Shown: positions 51,490 to 61,703 of the stretch, piece after piece | How positions within the stretch are numbered: position 1 is the first letter of the stretch | Layout: each line of letters starts with the position of its first letter | DNA from: Dicyema japonicum | Lineage: Eukaryota; Animalia; Dicyemida | NCBI GenBank assembly: GCA_011109175.1 | Contig: RDEW01000005.1 | Coordinates: 1,360,657 to 1,424,656 of the forward strand | Direction: 5' to 3' | Length of the DNA stretch: 64,000 nucleotides | Translations under genes and position numbers: made by a program | Notes under the pieces: model-generated | Seen by the model: the letters and a program-made list of their open reading frames with translations, nothing else | Database searches by the model: none | What the model was told of the DNA's origin: nothing

Positions 51490-53600
51490 AGGGGCAGACT
51501 GTGGGACAGACAATCAGCTACTTGTTGCAAAAATTAAGACAAAATTCAGTAACACTTGGAATACCCCCGAGTAAAGAAATTCGATGTCTCAAACATACCA
51601 CCAGAATACGCAATGGAAGTTAAGCACAATATTGGATTACTGGATTTGAACGGAAGATGCATGATGAATTATGGAATGATGTGCAGTTGGTTATCAGGAA
51701 CGTTGCAATAAAACATGTCAAATACAAAACGCCGGCCAAGTGCTCTGAGTGGCTCTCTGCCAACACCCTAAACATTGCTGAGGCTCGTAAAGCTGCTAAA
51801 GTCTCTGGAATATAGACGAGACAAGAAAACTTAACTCTGAATTCAAAAAGGCAGCCAGGAAGGATAAAGAAGACTACTGGATTACGCTGCAAAAAATGGA
51901 AGATGACTAAAGAGAGGTCACACTAGGAATGCGTATTTACAACTAAAAAGATTACGCCCTTTACGAAAATGATGGGCAAAATCAAGGACAAGGATGGTGT
52001 AGAATTGCTAAGCCAACAGAACATCCGAAATCGTTGGAGAGAATATACGGAACGACTATACTTAGAAACTGTGTGCCCACCCACATATGTTGATGAAGCA
52101 ACGTTGAGTGAGGGCATAAAATCATTGAGGAGGAATGCGTTTGGGCTATATTGCAATTAACGGGAACAATGCACCGGGGATTGACAATATCTCAAGCGAA
52201 TTGTTGAAGGCTATATCGGTGACAGCTATCACCAGTCTATGTCAAAAAATTTGGGAAACTGGTATTTGGCCACGCGAGTGGAAAAGATCTATATTTATTT
52301 AAATACCGAAAAAAGGGGATAACAAGGACTGTTCAAACTATCGTACAATACCCTTAATTCCCCACGTCAGCAAAATATTTCTAAAGATAATACAACATCG
52401 TCTAATGCCGAAATGATTCTACTCGATGTCCAAGCAGGATTCAAAAAGGGACGAGGCACATGTGACCATATAGCAAATGTCCGGTGGATTATGGAGAAAG
52501 CCCATGAATCCCAAAAGAGTGTATACATGTTCTTCATTGACTATCGGAAAGCTTTTGATTCCGTTATACATGACAAGCTGTGGTCCGCTATAAAAGAATT
52601 TGGATTCGATGCCCATCTGATACTGCTTATCAAATCTCCTTATAAAGATCAAGAAGCTATCTTTAGAACAGTGTATGGAGATACCGATTGGTTCTAAATT
52701 GGTAAAGGAGTAAGACAAGGAAGTTTCTTATCTCTCATCCTATTCAATATTTATGCCGAAATGATCATGACTAAATTGGATACTGTATCAAATAACGGAT
52801 TAAAATTGGAGGCAGGAACATCAATAATTTGCGCTATGCTGACGATGCAACCTTACTGGCTGAAACAGAGGATGGCCTCAGGGAGTTGATTCTAAGATTC
52901 AGAGAAGAGAGCGCCGTCTTTGGTTTATTGCTAAATATCAAGAAGACCAAAATTTATGACTTGCTAATATGGAATAATGGAACTAAAAATTGGGAATGAG
53001 AAAATAGAGAGTTGCGATAATGTTGTCTTTCTTGGATGTCTAATAAATCGGAATGGTGACGGAGGCTTGGAAATCAAGAGGCGAATTGCCATGGGACGAG
53101 ACGCCTTCCAGAGATTCAATATAATTTGGAAAAGCAAAGCTTAAGGACCAAATGCAGACTGGTTAATGCATCGTGTTCCTGGTTTTTCTATACGGCGCAG
53201 AATCATGGATACTGAAAAAGGCGGATAGACGAAAAATTGATGCTTTTGAACTTTGGTGCTGGAGGAGTTACTAAGAATCCCTTGGACTTCCAAAAATAAC
53301 AAACACCGATGTACTCAAACGGGTAGAGACGGACATTTCGCTAGAAGGAAGAATCGTAAAACACAGATTAACGTTTTTGGGTATGTTGTCCGATCTGATT
53401 CACTGGAAAAAACCATTATGCTGAGCAATATTACTGGGAAGAAAAGACCTAACCGAACTGAGGACTCGGTGGCTATCCACGGTGGAAGACGTCACGGGAA
53501 TGCCTATATCAAGGCTACTCCAAATTGCAACGGATCGGGGAGAGTGGAGGAAACTCGTTCATGAGATCTCCAAGTCGGACACGACTTAATTGGATAACAT
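51490..53600 (+). mobile_element. BovB-like RTE LINE, 5'-truncated
   Basis: GADCGTDNQLLVAK, QAGFKKGRGTCDHIANVRWIMEKAHESQKSVYMFFIDYRKAFDSV, YADDATL. 3' motif CATGAGATCTCCAAGTCGGACACGACT and a short CAA-type tail. Confidence 0.85.
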
Positions 53601-53718
53601 AACAACATCATAAACCAGTCATCCTTTAAACGGTAGGAAGTTTACAATGGAAAAAGGAAGTTGTTACCTCACTGAAAACATTAAACTCAAAAAATAGACA
53701 AATTAAAGAAATGATAAA

Positions 53719-54169
53719 TTATCTAAGTAAGTATTTTCTCATGTAGTCTATTAGAGCCTCAGGGCAAACAAGACGTGCCTGTCAAAAAGAATTTTGTCGA
53801 ATCCTTAGTCCATCAGACCTAAAAATAGAATATTATAAAGACCTCTTCATTACAACATAAAGTTCATCATTTTCTCGAGTATCAATTCGACTTTCCTGTC
53901 CTCGACGTCTAATATGGCTGATTCTGAGTTGGATCGAGATTTCAGGGCCTTTTCCATTTGCGTCTGCTCATAGATCTTTATTAGATAATCTGAAAATAAG
54001 TTCGCTTCAGGTTCCCAAGTATTAACCTCACTAAAATATATTAGATACACATACGATGAATATCCGAACCATTTATCAGAAAATAACGGTTCCCATAGAT
54101 ATCATAACAAGAGTCAACAATCTCTTCTGCTTCATATTCATCATTATCATTAATTTCATATTTAGCCAT
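53719..54169 (-). pseudogene. HP1/CBX-like chromodomain plus chromoshadow gene with apparent lesions
   Basis: EYEAEEIVD..RYFLI(K)WFGYS|EVNTWEPEANL chromodomain and ENDELYVVMK|..ARLVCPEALIDYMRKYL chromoshadow-like domain. Two 24-nt introns (54031-54054, 53819-53842). One missing A near 54073, a linker frameshift, and an in-frame TGA at 53782-53784. Confidence 0.7.
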
Positions 54170-54265
54170 GGGAAGTTAGAATCCATTAAATCAAATTTTT
54201 GAATTTCAAATTTATTTAATAAAGTGAAAAAATATATTTATTAAAATTTAAATATTACTAATTAA

Positions 54266-54990
54266 TTATAATAATGAAATTATCTTCGGAATTTTTAATT
54301 TCATTCCATTTCGCTTCTTATTTTTATCTAAGGAAGGACGTCTGCTTATAACGACCAAATCTATTCTCCGATAGTCCATTACGGGCTCCCGCTTCAGAAG
54401 AGAGCTGGAGAAGTAGGTCCACCTTTTTCCATTTTCCATCACACGTACGCGGACGTCACTTAATTTTTCGACAAAATAATTAATCATTATGGTAATTTTC
54501 ACCAGTGGATTTGGTCAGGGAGAAGGTAGGAAGATCCCTTTGAACTACTGTGTCGTGCCAGAAGGACTCACCGCTTCACGGTGTGATCCGTTTGTCGACA
54601 AAATTGATTAAAACCCATAAATTTATGGGCAATATCTTATTCATTCAAGTTAACATATTAAAACATGTTTAACTTTAATCACCAATTCTTCAAAGGAATT
54701 GGCGTAAATCTGCCAGTGAAAACAAGGACGTTTTAGAAGATTAAATTTGATTAATCTGTTGGAAATAATCATTTCGCCATAGAATCGCCCAAATCCTACA
54801 GATGCTGTATCCACAGTCTCCAGTGCGAGCAATAGAATTCAAAACTTTGTTTATATTCTTAATTGTGTCTTCATCTAGTCCACTCACGATAGAAAAGATC
54901 AAATCTATTGACGTATGATAGCTCTTGATACGTAATGCGTTCATCAACTCAATATGAGTATAACGGTCATTTTTGGTTCCTTAGAATTTT
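54266..54990 (-). other. Unresolved gene-like region (unknown multi-exon gene or pseudogene)
   Basis: Three overlapping non-TE ORF segments separated by AT-rich GT-AG tracts. I could not build a stop-free model. Confidence 0.3.
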
Positions 54991-55199
54991 GTTGCAAATT
55001 GAAAAAAAATCAATAATTCTGATAAACAAATAATTTTAAAAATGCTTTAAATTAACAAAATTTAATTTTCTAACTATTTTTCTCTTCTTCAATTATACTT
55101 GCTTTGCTAGTTAGTTTGGTTACCCTTGGTCTTTGGAATTATTTTTAATTTAATTATTTTAACGAATAACGAATGCCTTCAATTCTTTCAGAAGAGATG

Positions 55200-56660
55200 A
55201 AATTATGAAAACGTGTTGGAAGAAGGCTCCAAAGCTTTTCCCTCTTGTCAATTTATCCTATGGGGAAGATACGTATTTGGTTTTTGAAAATGAAATTATT
55301 AAATCAAAAACGGGTGTCCACAAGGAGATCCGCTCGGACCTCTTATTCGCCCTGACCATTGATGATGTTGTGAGATCAATTGATGCTCAGCTAAATCTCT
55401 GGTACCTCGATGATGCCACAATTGGAGGATCGTTCAAGGAAACATACAATTCATTACGTAAAGCGTTACCCGCTTTAAAACATTTGGGCTTGGACATCAA
55501 TGTTAACAAATCAGAGCTAATAAATGTCTCATATCCATACACCGACTTCCTCTCTATAAAGGAGTCTTTTAACGAACTGCTTCCTGGGATCCCGACTGTG
55601 CCAGTAGATAAATTATATTTCCTCGGATGCCCACTCAGCGAAGAAGAACTCAAGAACCATCTACTTTCCAAAAATGAAGAATTAACACGCCTTGCGAAAA
55701 GATTGTCATGTCTCGACTCTCACACATCTTTTTTCCTGATGAGAAACAACATCAGACTACCCAAGTTTTTATATCTACTCCGATGTTCACCCTGCTACGA
55801 ACAATATGACATTCTACTTTCACTAGACAAGTCTCTCAAGCAAACTGTTGAGGCACTAACTTGGTTGGAAACAATGTAAGCTTCCCTCTGGATTTGGGGG
55901 TCGGTCTAAGATCGGCGCTGGAGGTTGCGTACCCGGCATATCTATCGTCTCTTTCAAGCTGCAGCCATTTGACACGGCAAGTCTTTCATAACACTATTGG
56001 ACTTCACTGGAATGAGTCATTTGACGAAGCTTGTCGGAAATGGAACGGGTCCGGACTCAAAATCCCCAAAGACACAACAAAGCAAAGTAATTAGGATACA
56101 TTGTCTGCTCCAAAATTTTGGAAGAACTTAAAAAAGAAGTAAATCAACATCGTCTGGCTTGTTTGGTGTCAGCTTCAAGTAGAGGGAGTGGAGCATGGCT
56201 TAGTGCCCAAACCTCTGGACCTATTTGGACGACGATTCTTTGAGGATTGGAATCGGACAATACCTTGCCCAAACCTCTGGACCTATTTGGACGACGATTC
56301 TTTGAGGATTGGAATCGGACAAAGGCTGGGACTAGACGTTTGGACGCAACTTGTGTAGACACGTTTTCAAGCACGAAATATTTTCAAATCGGTTCAGACA
56401 CTGGAGCAGCTGCTTCGACTGCGGAGAACCTAAAAATCAAGAAATATTCTTGCCTCGGGGATCGCTATCGATTTACTCCTGTTGCGACCGAATCATCAGG
56501 AGCCGTTGGTCCAATGACGGCTGAGTTCTTGCGAGAACTCGGAGGATTGCTTGCCAAAAAGAAAAGGGATCAACGAGAAGGGTTATGGCTAAGACAAAAG
56601 ATTGGAATAGCCATACTCCGAGGGAACTCGTTCGCTTCCTCAACTGACATTTGTTTAATT
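55200..56660 (+). mobile_element. CRE-like RLE element (RT to 3' end)
   Basis: LNLWYLDDATIGG RT core, LNVNKSEL-like motif, FLGCPL, RRLDATCVDT, PVATESSGAVG, KIGIAILRGNS. Internal ~62-bp-period duplication at 56213-56321. Confidence 0.85.
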
Positions 56661-56749
56661 GTTAAAAAAAATTATTTTGCTTTAAAAAAAATTATTTTAA
56701 TTGAAGAAATGAGAAAAAACTTCATGCTCATTCCCAACACAATTACAGT

Positions 56750-57030
56750 TAATATAACTTCAATATCTTTATGTGCTGGTATTGAGTTTTCCGATTCCTG
56801 TTTTACTATTTTATGAATTTTCTTAAGAATTTCATTATTTCATCTCAGTGTCTTCAATATTCAAAAATCTTAAACTGTTAAAGGATTCAAAGTGTTGTTC
56901 TTTCGATTGCTGTACCGTTTATCTTTCATAATTGTGTCTAAAAGATTATTTCTTGATTGTCTCGATATCGTCTTTCTTGTTTATAATTTGAGTTTTTCAT
57001 GCAAAGTAAAGCGAGTTTGGTGTCTCCGAC
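56750..57030 (-). mobile_element. Possible pogo-type transposase N-terminal (HTH) remnant
   Basis: RRHQTRFTLHEKLKL resembles the psq-type HTH start; the remainder has stops. Confidence 0.3.
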
Positions 57031-57184
57031 AAGCATTGGAAGAAATGTATTGATATAATTTTTATTTATTCAAATTCTTTATTAAAAACTAAATTGAGAA
57101 TATGAATTTTAGAAAATATTTCGAATTGTGATCAATTTTTAAATTGACCAATTTTCGAGGATTCACTTTGATTTTAACAAAGAA

Positions 57185-57400
57185 AAGAATGAAGTACAGA
57201 AGCATTACGGAGGATCACTTGTTTGTTTATTTACTGCCGAGACGACATGAATCCTTGGCTTATAAGCTGACGATCTAGTCACTCGGCTCAATAATCCAAA
57301 GGGTCACTAAAGATCCACGTGAAACTGGAAGGCTTCGAGAGCGTATCTCAATACCTATCTTCAGAGGAAACTGCATGGCCATTAGTGCTAACTTTTAATT
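57185..57400 (+). mobile_element. CRE-like 3' fragment
   Basis: KYRSITEDHLF..KDPRETGRLRERISIPIFRGNCMAI. Confidence 0.7.
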
Positions 57401-57513
57401 TTTAAAACCTTTTTAAATTTTTAATACGCAAAAAGATATGCAGTAAACATTAACTATGGCTAAACTTCTGTTAAATTCATTTATACAAATTAAACACTAA
57501 TTATTAAAAACAA

Positions 57514-59978
57514 TCATGCACAACCCCAATCATCATTATTGGGAATATCATCTTCGTTAAGAAAATTCAAATCATCCACGTTGGGGGCATCATCGTCGTT
57601 AAATGTATATTGAAACGGTACACAACCATTATCACCAACTGCTTGTCTGAAATTGTATCCAAAATCAGCGTCTTCTACATTATTAGGCTGATGCAGAGAG
57701 TCTATATGGATGGGGGAAAGATTGTTATCAAATTCCGAATCAAAATCAACCGGACGATACCTGAAAGAGCCATTACTGCAGAATGATTCTTCACTCTCAC
57801 AATTATAAAAATTCACGACACCACAAGTCTCCGAAAATTCTGTACAAGGATCCTTCGCATTTTCAGAATTTCCATGAAACAAATTATCCTGGGTATCCAC
57901 CACTTTCTCACAATCACCATAAAATAGCGTATTCTGGGTATCCTCCACTTTATTTGGATATTCATAAAACAAATTATCCTGGGTATCCACCACTTTCTCA
58001 CAATTACCATAAAATAGCGTATTCTGGGTATCCTCCACTTTATTTGGATATTCATAAAACAAATTATCCTGGGTATCCACCACTTTCTCACAATCACCAT
58101 AAAATAGCGTATTCTGGGTATCCTCCACTTTATTTGGATATTCATAAAGCAAATTATCCTGGGTATCCACCACTTTCTCACAATTACCATAAAATAGCGT
58201 ATTCTGGGTATCCTCCACTTTATTTGGATATTCATAAAACAAATTATCCTGGGTATCCACCACTTTCTCACAATCACCATAAAATAGCATATTCTGGTAT
58301 CCTCCACTTTATTTGGATATTCATAAAACAAATTATCCTGGGTATCCACCACTTTCTCACAATTACCATAAAATAGCGTATTCTGGGTATCCTCCACTTT
58401 ATTTGGATATTCATAAAACAAATTATCCTGGGTATCCACCACTTTCTCACAATTACCATAAAATAGCGTATTCTGGGTATCCTCCACTTTATTTGGATAT
58501 TCATAAAACAAATTATCCTGGGTATCCACCACTTTCTCACAATCACCATAAAATAGCATATTCTGGGTATCCTCCACTTTATTTGGATATTCATAAAACA
58601 AATTATCCTGGGTATCCACCACTTTCTCACAATCACCATAAAATAGCATATTCTGGTATCCTCCACTTTATTTGGATATTCATAAAACAAATTATCCTGG
58701 GTATCCACCACTTTCTCACAATCACCATAAGATAGCGTATTCTGGGTATCCTCCACTTTATTTGGATATTCATAAAACAAATTATCCTGGGTATCCACCA
58801 CTTTCTCACAATCACCATAAAATAGCGTATTGGGTATCCTCCACTTTATTTGGATATTCATAAAACAAATTATCCTGGGTATCCACCACTTTCTCACAAT
58901 CACCATAAGATAGCGTATTCTTGGTATCACTCACAATCGAAAAGATTCCGCAATCTCTATTTGACATGTAGAAATCAACGGAATTATCCACATACTCAAT
59001 ATTTTCAATATAAGAAACATTATTTTCAGGCTCTTCTGTTTCGGGTTCGTTACAACCGTTCATACTCTTTGAAAGGAATAACAACACAGTTCCTATCAAA
59101 GTCTATGTCGAAATATTCAGGTTTCTCTAAATTTTGGAAATTCAAAACCCCCATTCCACAATGTACATCACTGGACAAATTGCTACCAATGTTATTCTGA
59201 GGCTCAAATTGAGAATTTGCAATATTAACGGAGCATACGTCTTCGAGATCAACAGGATTTTGGATATCTTTTTCGCGTAATTCAGAGATTTTGGGATCAT
59301 CAACATGAAATTTTGACAAATTTGGGTTTGGAGGGGAAACTCGACTATCATCTAAGTAAAAACGCGATGCCATTAAAGTCCACGCGGTTGTGGAGGATCC
59401 CATTTGTAAAATTTTGAAGCTTTGGAAGAAGGTGGACTTTCTTTATTTTCGTAAAATTTTGAAGCTATGGGGGAAAGCGGACTATGTTCATTTTTGTAGA
59501 ATTTAGATGGTATTGATGCTTCGTTGAGGACATCCTGGTTCATATTAGCTGCTGGGACGGCCTTCTTCTCACGTGAATAGGAAATACGGATGTTCTGACC
59601 ATTCAAGGAATACCCATCAAACGTGGAAATGATCTTTTCTGCTTGCTTTTGATCCCTCACATTCATGAAACTACAAATTAGTTAAATTCTGACCAGAACT
59701 TCCTGTTGTTTTCCTTCGAGATCAATCGGAGACCCAAAACCTCAGCATAAGGGGAAAAGAGGTTCCTCAGCTTGTGTTCCTGAACACTCGCATCGATCTG
59801 GCTTATGAAAAGAAGAGAATCGTGCCTGTTAGCGTTAATCAAAGACCAACCTTTTGAATTTTTCGTCATTTGTTACAACTGGCTTGGCAACTGGTCTAAA
59901 AGTAGTTGTAGATTTAATCCTCTTCAATTGAGCATCTGTCGATCTTTTAAACGCATTTTCCCCATTTTTAAGCTCCAT
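57514..59978 (-). CDS. RRM protein with SKFY repeats and a long acidic 30-aa tandem-repeat tail (frameshifted as assembled)
   Basis: RRM (LFISQID..LRNLFSPY..KFCFMNV..AEKIISTFDGYSLNGQNIRISYS) built with introns 59826-59850 (25 nt) and 59671-59693 (23). Probable 32-nt intron 59352-59383. The junction near 59060-59130 is unresolved. Repeat array followed by a unique acidic C-terminus. Confidence 0.7.
57877..58930. repeat. ~11.7 x 90-bp tandem array built from two diverged 45-bp monomers
   Basis: Minus-strand monomers encode NTLFYGDCEKVVDTQ and DNLFYEYPNKVEDTQ. Two units lack 1 nt (~58295, ~58654) and one lacks 2 nt (~58830). Confidence 0.97.
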
Positions 59979-60501
59979 TTATAGTAATAGCTTTATAAAT
60001 TATTATAATAAAGCTGCCCACCATACCAGCCAAGTGATTATTATTTATTATTTATTTATATTGTTAAATTACTTTTATTTAACTTATTTAAATGCTATAA
60101 TAAAACAAACAATTGTGTTATCCCGTTTATAAATCTCAAAAGTTCCTTGGAGTGATTTTTGACATGCACATGTCATTCTCCCTCTCCCCATGTTGAAAAT
60201 GTAATTAAAAATGTGAAAACAAGACTAATCCGTTGAAATGTTTATCTGGCTTATGGAAGATCGGAAATAATGAACAATAAGCTTTCTTCAGGAGCCTGGG
60301 TCATCTGGTTACACTCAGACTCTATTATCTCCGTTAAAATCAGTCATTTATCGATTGCAATCGTGAGAGGCAATTATGTCGGGTCAATTATGTCTTGGTG
60401 GTCAATCGCTCGTATTAAAGTTAATGGCCGTAGCGAAATTTCTCGAACCTGACATCAAAATCTATAAAACACAAAAATCTCTAAAAATTTTGAATTAGCT
60501 A

Positions 60502-61045
60502 GTTAGTTAGTTGAAAGCTCCTTCGCGTAGCCCTAAAAGGGTTTCGCTTGAGCAATACTTTACAGTCATCCTCGCCCGCATTCGTCTTCCATACTGAAAG
60601 TTTTCAATTTCAGTTGCTTTATCGTCCAAATATTTGTTCCAGAGGTCATTCGATCGTTTTCTTATCAAATGTGATATTTGATTACGTGTTCTCTTTGATG
60701 CTCTTTTATTCGAATTTGAACTTCCCAGTTTCGAACGTATTTCCTTCTATTGTTCCGATAATTCTCTTATTACGGGGTCATGACGATTGTTTGATGGGAG
60801 TAAGATAATCCGGTAATTTCCAAAGGTTCCTTTGTATCCAAGTGCATTATTTGTCTCTTGTAAGCAGCACATGTCAATTTTGTAACGTGACAGATCTTCA
60901 GATAGTTGTTCACTCTTGAATAAAGATGAGAGGCCTCGAACGTTGTATGTGGCGATAGTTAACAATGAGTTTGAATCTAAGCATGATAAAGACATACTTT
61001 TTTTCGGGGAAAATCAGGAACATGTCACCACTTCAACCAATATTC
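60502..61045 (-). mobile_element. 544-bp non-autonomous, internally deleted RTE
   Basis: 5' motif TTGGTTGAAGTGGTGAC, APE start TYNVRGL..CCLQET, 3' GGCTACGCGAAGG plus (TAAC)n. 10-bp TSD GAATTAGCTA at 60492-60501 and 61046-61055. Confidence 0.85.
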
Positions 61046-61239
61046 GAATTAGCTATTTTCTATAAATTACATATATTTTGTTCAAAATTGGTTTCTAAAT
61101 AATTCGAAAAGTTCAAATTCATACGAATTAATTGGTCAACTTAGTAAAATGAAATCTTTAAGGCGATTTAAGAGGTTTTATCAAAATATTTTTTACATTA
61201 AAAAACAATCAATCTGAGAGTCATACAATAGTCGATTTG

Positions 61240-61560
61240 ACTACGTAATAATTCCCTCCCAGGATTGCAAACGAGATTTGCTCAAATAACCAGCAGCGAT
61301 CACAGAGATTTCAAGTAATAATAAAGCCTTTTCACGAGAGCCATAATATTTATAGCTCCGCATAGGCAGGACACACACTTTATTTAAGTAAAGAACAGTT
61401 AATTTTAACTAATCGTAGAACCAAGGAATGATCTTCACTTCTTTTTTATTTTTCTTGTGTGTGGGTCCTTTCTAGACAATCCAGTTCCGTAGTGAGTATC
61501 CACTGATGACGGCGTCACTCGCCAAACCCTTTTAGCATCGTAGATGCGTGGAACCTTCCA
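61240..61560 (+). mobile_element. Penelope-like pLTR remnant with a hammerhead-like core
   Basis: CTGATGA-C-GGCG TCACT CGCC-AAAC at ~61503-61528; related to 46855-47040. Confidence 0.5.
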
Positions 61561-61703
61561 CCAGGTGATTTCAAGTGCATGTAGAAATTAGAGAAATCAG
61601 ATTTTTAAAGTGTTTTAGTTTGTTTTATTTGACTTATGAAAAGTTTTTTTCGGATGCAAACCAAATATAGACAGTAACACAAAATCTGAACAAAAACCAA
61701 ATA

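Noticed and set aside
53782-53784. Possible TGA recoding (in-frame TGA in the HP1-like gene, at 48208 and at ~54565)
   Set aside because: All conserved Trp/Cys positions I checked in cathepsin, ABHD11, ACYP and ESRP use standard codons, acylphosphatase ends at TGA, and the affected loci have other lesions or uncertain models.
57877-58930. CRISPR-like regular array
   Set aside because: Units are contiguous near-identical 90-mers with no unique spacers, there are no cas genes, and the array sits in a eukaryotic coding context.
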